A DNA stretch of 64,000 nucleotides from assembly GCF_000143415.4 (NCBI RefSeq), contig NW_003314286.1, forward strand, positions 263,766 to 327,765, read 5' to 3'. Below, in pieces: positions 1 to 10,787 of this stretch. The first letter of the stretch is position 1. The number at the start of each line of letters is the position of its first letter. The DNA is from Selaginella moellendorffii. Lineage: Eukaryota; Plantae; Lycopodiophyta. A model generated the notes under the pieces. It had not been told where the DNA came from, searched no databases, and saw only the letters and a program-made list of their open reading frames with translations. The position numbers and the translations under genes were made by a program.

Positions 1-2055
1 CCTGTGAGCCGAGACAATCGTCATCTACGCACAAACGACTTAGCTAGAAAAACGGCATACTAATTCACAGACCTGGTACTTTACACCAAAAAGATCAAGA
101 AGTTTTCCGGCGTGTCTCATGGTAGAAAGATCTGAATCCGAACCCATGATAATTCCCACTGCCGGTTTTTCTAGCTTTGAGAAAACTATATATTAAGTGA
201 AACAGGGAAACGAAAACAAAAAACCGATGTTACCTGTCGGATGTTTGCATTCAGCTTCTGAACCATCCGTGATTTGACGCATTCTTTGTTTCACGGTGGC
301 CATCGATGGCCCCACAACTGTGACATGACCCATTTTTCGTTGTCTCCGAAACTCTACGCTCAGTGTGAAGCCTAAGTCGCACTACTCAATAATGATAGCA
401 AACCTCGCTTGTGGTACCAATGTACACTAGCACCTGGAATGCTAAATGCCTTGTTCATTATCTTTTGTGCGATAGATGCACCGAGCTCACCCTGAATGCT
501 CGCAAACAATGAGCTACAACACGAAGAAATAAGAACGTTACCTCTTCAGCCAAAATGTTATACATTCCTGCTGCTGAAACTTTCATGGAAGTGTCACCGA
601 GTGGCAAGCCTAGGACAGCACGAAGGTGCTGTTCAAACTGCGAAACGTAGCATGCTTCGATAGTAAGATGGCCACTGTTATGCGGTCGTGGTGCAACCTC
701 ATTCAGCAAAATCTACAAGAAAAGTTAGAAACAATCAAGAGGCAAAAAATGTATACCAGATTATCAGAAGCCAAAAACTGCTCGACGCAAAAAAACTCCA
801 GCGCCACCAAATGAAGCGACAGCTTTTGCTGCTAGGTCCAGTGCTGTCTTCTCGGCAGCTTTCGGAATCAGGGCCGGTGATAGCACTGTATGGCAGATGC
901 TCCTCCTGGACGAATCAGAGAAGTTCTGAATACAAAGGAAAACGAGTAAGCTAGCCTTGCCTTTGAGTAGTCTCCACCAGTTGATAGCACCGTGTTGTTC
1001 CATCTATGCCACGGGCAACCATCACTGCTAGTTCCTAAAAGAATGGATCAGGCAAACGCAGAAAAACTACAAACCTTCTCAAAAGACACCCACTTCTCCG
1101 CAAACAGACCTTGCTCAAAACCTCCCAATGCTGCGGTGACAAGAGAAGAACCACTTAGCGAGCAGTGAACACGGAAGGGCTATCTTACCTTTCACAGACG
1201 GAAGCAAGTCACTTCTGCTTCTCACTGCGATGTTCCCGCGGCCATCGTAAGCAAACCGGCGGCATTTTAGCATGAACGGGTATCCCAGAACAGAAGCTGC
1301 ATCCTCCAAGCTTTCTAAGCCAGTAACCTGTGAACTAATGTCGATCAAACATTTCAAAACTGTAGAGCTCTAGACAAACCTCCACGAACTCAGGAACTGG
1401 AACACCATACTTTATAAAATGCAGCTTCTGGCGATACTTGTCCTGCAAGAAGGAAACAACGATTACCTACATTTGCTCGGAAACTGCTAACCTGAATCGT
1501 CTTAATAGTACTCGAGCTCGGTTCCACGCGAACTCCCTGCTTTTCAAGCTCGTCAAGTGTTCCCGCATCAACATGCTCTATCTCCATAGTCACGACTTCA
1601 CACCTGAAATGACGAAACGAAGTTTAGCAACGAAAGAACAAGAAAAGCTGGTATACGCTTTGGCGAACTCCAAAACAGCATATCTATCGTCAAACTCCGC
1701 AACAACATGACGATGAGCAAGAGCACTGGCAGGACAAATCGCCGAAGGGTCCAGAACCGCGACTTTGACACCCATCGCCGAGCCAGCTTCGCACAGCATT
1801 CGGCCCAATTGCCCCCCTCCCAGGACTCCCACCACAGCATCGTCTAGCCAAAACCTCCTGCCAGAGCAAATTCTTCTTCTAGAACGAAAGAAAGACTAAG
1901 AGGATTTACCCCGATGAAAGCTGCTGCTGCTGTAAAGCCGCTTCGTTCAGCGCTCTCGCAAAGGAGATCCGAGCGGCAGTGCTCGCCTCGCCGATCCGGA
2001 GACGGCATTGGTTTGCAAAGCATCGAGAATGCGGCGGCACGGCTGGCGCTGCCAT
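1..2055 (-). CDS. PURKE: Phosphoribosylaminoimidazole (AIR) carboxylase, PurK-PurE fusion; multi-exon, 3' end runs off the window
   Basis: Exons encode [48 protein letters not shown] and the start of PurE ([11 protein letters not shown]). ATG at 2055 begins a transit-peptide-like exon. Short introns separate the exons. Confidence 0.93.
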
Positions 2056-2173
2056 GAGCTAGAACCCTAATTTCACTTCTAGGGTTTTAGGGAACCGTTA
2101 CCTTCGCTTGAGGAGTGGACACACAAAACGAGGAAACTAACTGATACAATGACTGCTCTCCCTATCAAAGCTA

Positions 2174-2863
2174 TCACTCCGGCACGAACAGATCGGTCAC
2201 TGCGACGAGAAGTGGGCGATCGAAGCCGAGACCGCCTTCTCCTTCCTGGCATCGCTTGTGCCCGACGGTGCTCGACTTGGGCACGATGATGCGTAGAATT
2301 CCCTTCCCGGCCTGCGCGGTGACGCCCTCGGTGCATGCATTGCGCGGGAGAGCAAAGCGGAGCTCGAAGAGCCAGTTGAGAGCCGAGCCGGGGAGCTCGA
2401 GCGCTCGGGGGACCGCGGCGCTGTAGCGAGCTCGGACGCTGATAAAGCCGTGCTGCACCACGACCTCGAGCTCCTCCTTCTCGAACCCGCCCGCGACGGC
2501 GCGGATTTGCACGGCCTCTGCCTCGCGGAAGTACTGCCGCACGAACAGATTCTTGCGGGGGCGCAGCTCGCCGGTGAGATCGATCACCATCCAGCTCACC
2601 CAACCGCCGCTCCCGTCGTCGTCGTCGTCGTCGCCAACTGCGCGCACAGATCGAGCAAAGGATTAGCGGAGGAGGAAGAAAGAAAGAAGAAAGAGATAGA
2701 GACAAGGGAAGTCGATCGGATCGGCGAGCGCGGATGGAGGAACTAGAGCTCGCGAGCCGCTGCGCTTGATCTTGATTCTCGGACTGAGCTCCTCCTTGCG
2801 CACCCCTGGCGCCTTGACAAAGCCAGCGCCTTTGGCTGCCGCGGTGGTCGCCGCCATCGCCAT
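2174..2863 (-). CDS. Alpha-crystallin-domain / HSP20-like protein, 2 exons
   Basis: Exon 1 (MAMAATTAAAKG...DPIDFP) splices in phase 1 to exon 2, which has ACD motifs GFEKEELEVVV, FELRFALPRNA and AQAGKGILRIIVPK. Confidence 0.7.
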
Positions 2864-3104
2864 CGCAGAGACGCCGCGAAAAACACCGGCATTCCCCAGC
2901 AAACGATCCATCCCACCTCGCCAGAAACATGGAATGATGGATGCTTAAATACGTACTACTGGCGATACGGTCGTGAAGCGAGACATGCTAGCATATTCCG
3001 TTCCGGCAGTGGTGCTATTGTATATTCTACTAGGTAAATAAAACTCATATAAAATTTTGCAAAACTTCGTTTGTAAAGAATTTAAGATGAACCTTCCATA
3101 AATT

Positions 3105-3313
3105 CAAGCTTTCTAAGCCAGTAACCTGAGAACTATCGTGAGCGATTCAACATATCAAAATTGTAGAATTCTAGACAAACCTCCACGAACTCAAGAACTG
3201 ACGATTTTGTCCTGGAAGAAGGAGACGAAGATGAGAACCGCTAATCTGAATTGTCTAAATTGTGGTAACTCCCTGCTTTTCAAGCTCGCCAAGTATTTCC
3301 GCATCAACATACT
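3105..3313 (-). pseudogene. Decayed duplicate fragment of the AIR carboxylase gene (copy of ~1307-1577, introns retained)
   Basis: Matching blocks caagctttctaagccagtaacctg, ctagacaaacctccacgaactca and aactccctgcttttcaagctcg, with internal deletions. Confidence 0.85.
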
Positions 3314-3320
3314 AACATAG

Positions 3321-3558
3321 GTTTAAGATTTTGCTTCCAGAAGTTCTCGACGGCGCGAACCTCAAAAGTCAGCTTTATATTCAGAAAAAATCACTCAAAC
3401 ACGAGACCTTGTAGCCGCTCTTTTTTTGCAAAGCTTTGGTGGAATGACTCATGCTGTAGATGTAGAGCGGCTGCTTGCTCGAAAATCCTCGCTTCCAAAG
3501 CAAAAAGACGCTAGAAACTCTTACACTATGGTAGAACCGCGCCCAGATTTCTCCAGGG
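3321..3558 (-). pseudogene. Relic of a U4 snRNA 3' end followed by a relic of the DUF829 gene 3' exons
   Basis: ttaagattt..cttccagaagttctcgacggc matches 8761-8813. acgagaccttgtagccgctctttt, tgctgtagatgtagagc and gtagaaccgcg match 9191-9473. Confidence 0.75.
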
Positions 3559-3661
3559 CGAGAGAGGAATCTCGATCGAGGAGGAAACGAGGAAGCACGA
3601 AGAAGAAGGGGAGGGTGGCAATTCTTCTTTCTTCTTGAGATAGGGTTTAGGGCTTCTTGCC

Positions 3662-4548
3662 ATGGGGGGACTGCCCGTTTAGAAGACCGCAGCACACTGG
3701 AGGTGGTGAACCACGTGTTCGCGGGCTCGGATCCCGAAGAAAAGCAAAGAATTGTGGAGGTGCTGCATTGTGTCGGTGTCCGTTTTGGCAGGGACATTGC
3801 TCGCCCCCTTGACGAGCCAGAGGAAGTGCGCAAGGTACTTGGACGCCCTCTTTCGAGCTCCATCGCCAAGCCGCTGATAGCTCACAAGCTGCTCAATCAA
3901 TGTAAGTAGCTTCTATGATTCCACTAATAACTGCCTAGTATCTTACTTGTCCCTTTGGCAGTGTCGCCTGGGAAACAATGCGTACGTGCGCTTGATCTTG
4001 ATCGCAAGGAGGACAGGCAATCTAAGATCACTGGGCTCGTGATTAGACAAATGTTCAAGGGAGTTACGGTTCCCAAGCACATCTACAAGCCTTTGTTATT
4101 GCCCCTGATTGATGGAGTGGACCAAACCTTTGATAATTCAGATGATGCTTACGATGCATACGAAGCCATGGTGGAGAAAATGAAGCAACGTCTTGGCACT
4201 GCTGTGACATTCGACAAGGTGGATGTTAAGAGGCCGGACGAACCATGTGACAACGATTCCGAAGTCTTCCGCTTTTGTTCCCAAGAAGCCAAGTTGTTAT
4301 GGGTGATGAGAGCCGGCTCTGAGAACACTGCATGCGTCGGGGCACTCATGTACGATTATGGACCAGGTTTTCAGCTCAGAAGCTTTGCGATCGGCGTGGT
4401 TCTGATCCAGGATTTCATCTGGGTGTTCAAGTTCATTCCGGAGAGCTTTGATCCCGTGGCATGTCTCTACGTGTTGCTCCGGGAGGGTGGACTGAAGATG
4501 CTCACCAAGCTCATGTGCGCCCAGCCGGGTCTACTTGGAGTTCTCTGA
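3662..4548 (+). CDS. Uncharacterised two-exon orphan gene; the ATG is out of frame by 1 nt in a G6 run (possible pseudogene or sequence error)
   Basis: ORFs 3703-3909 and 3955-4548 are joined by a phase-1 intron (gtaagt 3902 ... ggcag 3961). No family recognised. Confidence 0.5.
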
Positions 4549-4654
4549 ACCTTCATCGTGTTCTTTGCTTGATGCTTCTGAAGCAACAAAACATATGGAG
4601 TTTTATAGTTAGTCCATTGTGTTTAGATTTATCCTCAACTAAAGATATATTACA

Positions 4655-4945
4655 TTTGTCAACTGATTTTCGTCAACTTTCATTTCTTGGATTATATAAA
4701 GGCCTTCCACAAAGAAATTCTCTTCTAGCTATCATTGTGATTGTTTTTGCTTGTACTTTTGTAAATGTGCATTTAGATAGAACATGGAATACTTTGCTGC
4801 TAATTGCTAAATACCATGCCAAATGCCAAAACATTAACCACACTGAAGAGAACACAAGCAACTCAAGTGTTTATACTTTGCATCATGAGTTAAGGCATAG
4901 TGATTGATCTTCTTATTTTTTCTCCATCTTCTTGTTCTCAAATGC
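4655..4945 (+). pseudogene. Relic of the upstream region and signal-peptide start of the LRR receptor-like gene
   Basis: 4851-4944 aligns with 6557-6661 (aacacaagcaactc..atactttgc..atgagtt..attctcaaatgca..agagga). 4655-4765 resembles 5832-5960. Confidence 0.75.
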
Positions 4946-5397
4946 AAAAGAGGATTTCCATTTGTCCTATTTTGGCTGGTTTGATAGATCGAATGAGGTT
5001 TCCGTCCAGCAAGCGATTTGGTAGGCGCCGAATATTTGGGTTTGGCACGCAACTTATTTTTGTCAGCCCGGAACAAGCGCAGATAGATGCCAGATTTGAA
5101 ATTCCATTTTTTCATTGATCATGGTCGCCTCGACTCACATAATGGTGTTTTGTGTTTCCGCCCGTTCTTCCTGCTTCTTTAAGTAGGTATTGGATAAGTG
5201 TGGTTTCATTCCCTGTTCCTCACATCGATTGGCGCAAGGCTCAAAAACATGCTCAATGCATTCTCTTGGAAAAAGAAGGCCATGGCAGAGGTGTGCCTTG
5301 GTGTCCTGGGAGTCCTTGAGACAGATAAGGTGGTGCCGTGGTAATATTCCATTCTCAAATAAAATTTGAGAACTTATTCAACTTAGATTTGAGATTT

Positions 5398-5547
5398 GTA
5401 GGCCCGAGCCTAGGGCGGGCCTTCCAGAAATTCTCGACGGCCTCCCTAAGGAGACACGAAGAGGGGGTTTGGAAATAGTTTTCAACCAGCAATTGACGCG
5501 TCTCGGTAAAACCTCATAAACTGCGTCATTGCCCCAAGCGCAAAGAT
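5398..5547 (-). ncRNA. U4: U4 spliceosomal snRNA, copy A
   Basis: Minus strand reads ATCTTTGCGCTTGGGGCAATGACGCAG...GCGTCAATTGCTGGTTGAAAACTATTTCCAAACCCCC...AATTTCTGG (Sm site), then a 3' hairpin; 150 nt. A plant 3' box CA-N6-AGTTGAA follows. Confidence 0.95.
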
Positions 5548-5572
5548 AAAACAAACCTCCATCCTAGCTTGG

Positions 5573-5620
5573 TTTATATACCCGCGGAGTGGCACGATTT
5601 CAGTCCTTGGCTCGTGAAAT
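5573..5620 (-). promoter_or_regulatory. snRNA promoter of U4 copy A: TATA at about -33 and a degenerate USE (ATTTCACGAGC)
   Basis: TATATAAA at 5580-5573; USE-position element at 5620-5610. Confidence 0.65.
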
Positions 5621-6590
5621 GGGGCTGGCTGGCGCAGCATATTCCTAGAAGTCAAGGTCACGAGACCTTTGTAGCCGCTCTTTTTTTCTGCTGTTATGTG
5701 GAAACCAGGAGACTTGCAATAAAGCAAGCAGCTGATGACAGTCCGAACCGGACTGACCGACACTGAGCGAACAAATCATGGGCTTCTTTCAAAATTCTTG
5801 GCGCATGAATGCATTTTTCATGATTCTACTGTTTGTCATTTTATATCAACTCTATAGTTTATATAAACCTTCATTTATAAACCCCTTGCACAAGAATTGT
5901 TATGGAATTTGGGCAATCCCTTCTAGCTCATTGTGATTGATTTTGCTTGTACTTCTACAAAGACATACTCTTACAGCATTGAAATGCCTAGGAACATTTC
6001 ATACTGGACTATAGAAGAGTTTTCTAGGTTTGCATCTTTCTTTCTTCTTGTTACTAATTGAAAATTGTATAGTGCTTGAGTTGGACCAGATCTTATGATT
6101 GCTCTCAAGAAGCAATATTCCCCATGTAACCCATAAAATGGTCTGGGCATATGCCACATGACAGTCGTGGCCAGTAACACACCATGCTCAAAATATATCT
6201 GAATAAAAAAGTTTTGAAGTGTCATAACAAAAAGGAGAAAAAAAAATTAAAGACAAAACAATGGAATTTATAATAAAAGTAAAAGATAAACCTCTTACTT
6301 TAAAGAAAGAAAAGTTTAACACAATTTTTTCTAACAAAAAGTCAAGGCTCTAAAAGTTAATTAAAAGCAAAGACTTTTGGCCTCTTCAGAAAGAGAATAT
6401 TGCTTAAAACTTCACTGACCACATTTAATTTTTTCTAGGGACTCCAAGTGCACATATGCTACATTGGCATTGCCAATTGCAAAGGAAGTAGGGGGGGTGC
6501 AGGTGATCGGGGGAAGGGGCTACTGACTACTACCACCCAGGGTTTAGGGGTGCAGAAACACAAGCAACTCGAGTGTCTATACTTTGCTTC

Positions 6591-8654
6591 ATGAGTTCAA
6601 GCACAGTGATTGTTTTTCTTATTTCTTTCTTCATCTTCTCATTCTCAAATGCAAGAGAGGACTCATCTGTGCTTTTGAGCTTCAAAAACTCCGTGGAAGA
6701 TCCATCTAAAACTTTATCCAGCTGGAATATAAGTGATAACTTCTGCCAGCACTGGAATGGCGTAGCCTGCACGACAAAAGGCCGAGTTTCCGTTCTTGAG
6801 CTTGAGCATTTAACGTTACCGGGCTCGCTCTTGGTTTCCACAATCAATGCTCTACCTTTCTTACTGGAGCTATCTGTCTTGGGAAGCAACTTCACTGATG
6901 CCATGAATTCCTCTGAACATGCCTGCTCACTTGAGATGATCAAGCTGTCAAGTAACCAAAACATGACCTTCACGAGCAGTTTTGATGCTATGCTCGGCTG
7001 CCAAGGTCTAAAGGTTCTCAATCTTTCAAACAATCAGATTGATGGTAAGATAGAAGTGCCAATAGGCAATGCTTTGGAGGTATTAGATGTTTCACATAAC
7101 TTATTTAGTGGTGAGGTTCCCCTCTTCCTGTCTTCACAGTGCAAGAGGTTGAGATATCTAGACCTCTCCCACAATCATCTCACCGGAGAACTTCCAGTGG
7201 ATCTTCTTAAAAATTGTACTAATCTGCAACAAATCTCTCTGGCCTACAACAGCTTCCATGGCACGTCATTTCCCTCTATTCACTCCTTGCCATCGCTGGA
7301 ATTTCTCGATGCTAGCTTCAATAACTTCACAGGTCCAGTTCCCGCAATTCATGAGAACCTCAAGCATCTTAATCTCAGCTCAAACAGTTTCAATACAACC
7401 AGGGAAAACTTATGTCCATCGCTCAACTCCTCGAGGCTGGAGAGTCTGATCCTGGTCAACAACAAGCTCACCGGAAGGGTATTGGACAGTGTCTTGAATT
7501 GCTCCAGCCTTAAGATGTTGGATTTGAGCTTCAACTTGTTAGCAGGAGAGATTCCAAGCACTATCTGCAAACAAGTTCCCAAGCTCGAGCATTTCCTCGC
7601 GTGGGTAAACAACCTCGAAGGGCAACTTCCCCCAAACTTGGCCTCATGCAGCAACCTCACCAAGATCATCCTCACTTTCAACAATCTCAGTGGAAACATT
7701 CCACCTGAGCTGTTATCCAACACAAAGAGCCTCCAATGGTTAAGTTTGAGTAATAACAGATTGAGTGGAGAGTTTCCTGATTCATTGGAGCATGCAAAGG
7801 AGATGCTAGTGCTTCAGTTGAGCAACAACAGCCTGCAGGGCAAGCTGCCCAGCAACATGACCGTCCAGACAATAAATCTCCGCGGAAACAGCTTGAGCGG
7901 GAGGATTCCAGCCTCTTTGAATGGTTTCCAAGGCAGCAAACTTGCCAAACCCAACGTTGCGGGGACGAGCTTGAAGATAGCCTCAGGGATCAAGACATGT
8001 GGGTGCATGGACAGCATTTTCATGCTACAAGGAATCTCTTTGGAAGAAATGGAGAGTCGACTCACAGCCAAGAGTGGTGGCTGCAAATGCTCCATAAGTT
8101 TCCTTCCAGCAAGCTTTTATGGTTTCTCCGCTTCCAGCCCTTCCTTCATCGATGTTTCATTCAACAAATTGGTGGGAGGCATCCCTCGCGAGCTTGGGAG
8201 CATGCAGGACGCCTCTTACATCAGCCTTGCGCACAACTTCCTCTCGGGAACAATCCCAGTGGAGCTCGGGGATCTCAAGAACATCATAGGGATGGATTTG
8301 TCATTCAATGGTCTCCAAGGAAGCATTCCAGGCTCGTTTTCCTCGCTCCAGTCCCTGACAGGGTTGAATGTGTCTCACAACAACTTGTCCGGTCCGATTC
8401 CACAGGGTGGCCAGCTTGCGACACTTGATGCCAGTAGCTACGCAGGAAACGCCGGTCTTTGTGGCTTCCCTCTAGCGTCGTGCATCACATCGCCACCAAC
8501 AGCGACAAATCGTGCTGACCATGGCTATGGTGGATTTGGAGCGGTTCTTGCGGTGAGCTTTGCAATTGGGGTGGTGGTCTCAGTTATCTGCTGCACAATG
8601 GTAGTCACCATTGATAGTAAGAAACGCTTTGTGGAGAGAGCTTGCTATGGATGA
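6591..8654 (+). CDS. Intronless LRR receptor-like protein with signal peptide, BRI1/BRL-type island domain, transmembrane helix and a very short cytoplasmic tail (no kinase)
   Basis: N-cap LLSFK..DP..LSSW...C..WNGVAC; many plant LRRs; island VAGTSLK...CGCMDSIFMLQGISLEEM...C; four further LRRs; IPQGGQL...YAGNAGLCGFPLASC; TM; stop after a tail of about a dozen residues. Confidence 0.92.
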   Translation: MSSSTVIVFLISFFIFSFSNAREDSSVLLSFKNSVEDPSKTLSSWNISDNFCQHWNGVACTTKGRVSVLELEHLTLPGSLLVSTINALPFLLELSVLGSNFTDAMNSSEHACSLEMIKLSSNQNMTFTSSFDAMLGCQGLKVLNLSNNQIDGKIEVPIGNALEVLDVSHNLFSGEVPLFLSSQCKRLRYLDLSHNHLTGELPVDLLKNCTNLQQISLAYNSFHGTSFPSIHSLPSLEFLDASFNNFTGPVPAIHENLKHLNLSSNSFNTTRENLCPSLNSSRLESLILVNNKLTGRVLDSVLNCSSLKMLDLSFNLLAGEIPSTICKQVPKLEHFLAWVNNLEGQLPPNLASCSNLTKIILTFNNLSGNIPPELLSNTKSLQWLSLSNNRLSGEFPDSLEHAKEMLVLQLSNNSLQGKLPSNMTVQTINLRGNSLSGRIPASLNGFQGSKLAKPNVAGTSLKIASGIKTCGCMDSIFMLQGISLEEMESRLTAKSGGCKCSISFLPASFYGFSASSPSFIDVSFNKLVGGIPRELGSMQDASYISLAHNFLSGTIPVELGDLKNIIGMDLSFNGLQGSIPGSFSSLQSLTGLNVSHNNLSGPIPQGGQLATLDASSYAGNAGLCGFPLASCITSPPTATNRADHGYGGFGAVLAVSFAIGVVVSVICCTMVVTIDSKKRFVERACYG

Positions 8655-8769
8655 TCGACACACCGAAAAGAAAAAAATGCCCAGCCACGCTTAGTCAAAC
8701 AATTTTAAGCGTTTTTCCATGTGTATGTTACTTTATAAGAAAATCTTATTCAACTTAAATTTAAGATTT

Positions 8770-8919
8770 GTAGGCCCGAGCCTAGGGCGGGCCTTCCAGA
8801 AATTCTCGACGGCCTCCCGAAGGAGACACGAAGAGGGGGTTTGGAAATAGTTTTCAACCAGCAATTGACGCGTCTCGGTAAAACCTCATAAACTGTGTCA
8901 TTGCCCCAAGCGCAAAGAT
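8770..8919 (-). ncRNA. U4: U4 spliceosomal snRNA, copy B
   Basis: Same 150-nt U4 sequence as copy A with a few substitutions. Sm site AATTTCTGG and 3' box are present. Confidence 0.95.
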
Positions 8920-8944
8920 AAAACAAACCTCCATCTTAGCTCGA

Positions 8945-8992
8945 CTTATATACCCGAGGAGTGGCACGATTTCAGTCCTTGGCTCGTGGGAT
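8945..8992 (-). promoter_or_regulatory. snRNA promoter of U4 copy B: TATA plus USE-like ATCCCACGAGC
   Basis: TATATAAG at 8952-8945. ATCCCACG at about -73 resembles the plant USE RTCCCACATCG, with Pol II-type spacing. Confidence 0.72.
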
Positions 8993-9065
8993 AGGGCTGG
9001 CTGGCGCAGCATATTCCTAGAACTGATTGTCCCTAAAAGTAAAAAATATGCATTTATTCACTCGC

Positions 9066-10505
9066 TCATGCTTCATGGGCTAGAGTTTTCTCGGGGAGGA
9101 TCTCCTGGAAAAATTTCTCGAGCTGCTCGTGGTAGAGCGCCGGAAAGCTCCGCAAATGATCTACGTGAGGAGAGATCCGCATGTCGAAGCACGAGACCTT
9201 GTAGCCGCTCTTTTTCTGCAAATCCATGAACTCTTCGACGTAGCTCGCTGGGATGACTCGGTCGGCGCTGCTGTAGATGTAGAGCTGCGGGCATCGCGGC
9301 TGCTTGCTCGACAAAATGGAGATGATTCTTGCAAGTCTCCTGGTTTCCACAGCAGAAAAGGAGAGCCGAGATGTTAGAAACTAGCGCCGCAGGAAAAGAT
9401 CTAGCGAGGAAAGAGCACCTCTTACAGTTTGACAGCGGGAACCGCGAGTAGAACCGCGAAGAACTTCTCCAGGACTGCCAGGAGCAGAGTCTCGGACGCG
9501 CTCGGCTGCGCAAGGATTGCTCGCTCGGCGTCGGTCAGTCCCGCCAGCGACTGCGTCGAGAAGCTTTGCTTCTTGAGAAATGCTGTTGCGAACCCCGAGG
9601 CCCAGACCTTGCCAAAACGTATCAGCTCGATGTAAGAACACGACCAGGATCACGTAAAACTTCGTCGGCTTACCTGGGGACTGAGCTCGGCAGCAGGCCC
9701 CGAATCTACAACGCATCCTTTTATTCTGCTCGTGAGGTGCTGCTGCCCTTGCTGCTGGAGTTTCTCGAGTAGAGCTCCATAGCTGTGAAGAAGGAATCAA
9801 ATCAACACCATTGCTTTGACAACTAGGAAAAAAATAAGAAGACCACTTTACTAAGCTCTAGAAAAACCATTAAAAAAAAATAAAAAAATAAAAACCTGAC
9901 TGCTAGAGAAAACTTACTCTGTTGGGAACTTACAAGAACCAGCCGGTGTTGCTAAAGGTGTGGAACAGCACCGATTTTTCCTTTCTTCCACCGCTCGCTA
10001 GCCACTGCTTGATTTCCGCGTAGAGCAAATCGACATGCCTGTCGGCCTTCCCAATGACGCCGAGGCTCAGCAAATCCGGCATTGGCATCACGAAAGTCAT
10101 AGCACTGATCCCTCTCGAGTTATACCACTCGGCATATTTCTTCAAGTGCTTGTGTTGAGCACCCAGCCATCCCAGGAGCACTACCACCAGATCTCCCTCT
10201 CCATCTCCAAGCCAAGAATCTCCATCGCGGGCATTTTTCCTGTCCGAGACCCCGTGCATGACGATGCTTTGCTTCGCGGGATCCGGAGACACGCGATCTG
10301 TGACGAACGGGAGCTGGAATTTGATCCTCGCCGGCCAGAAGACATGGAAATGCGCCCGCTGCGAGCTGGAGCACGAGATTATCGGCCGCGTTTGGCGACG
10401 CGGAGGAGCTACACGAGCCACACTGGCGACACTGGATCTCGTGGAGCGCGCATTCTTGCCTGTGATGCGGCCCGCAGCAGGACGCGCCAGGGAGTGAAGA
10501 TTCAT
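9066..10505 (-). CDS. DUF829 / TMEM53 family protein, multi-exon
   Basis: Motifs VVLLGWLGAQHKHLKKYAEWY, LFHTFSNTGW, PQLYIYSSADRVIP and SPHVDHLRSFP. Confidence 0.88.
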
Positions 10506-10787
10506 GGCGGAGACCGGCCGATCGTGTGGCAGAAGCCCTAAACCCTGTTTTAGGGTTCTTCGTTTAACATCCTTTTAGGGTTCTTCGCTAACATCAAGAG
10601 ACATAAAAGAATCCTTTGCACATTATTGTGTGAGGCAACCAAACCCATCACCGAGGAAGAAGAAAGAAGAATCGCCACAGCCCAGCCAGCATTGTCCTGT
10701 GACGCCCCAAATCTCTACAAACCCCTGCCCCCCTTCTTCTTCGTTCTTCCTCGTTTCCTCCTCTATAGACCCGCCCAATTCTGCGAA

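Noticed and set aside
2079-2930. 283-aa Arg-rich ORF overlapping the HSP20-like gene
   Set aside because: Alternative frame that reads through the intron; the spliced frame carries the ACD motifs.
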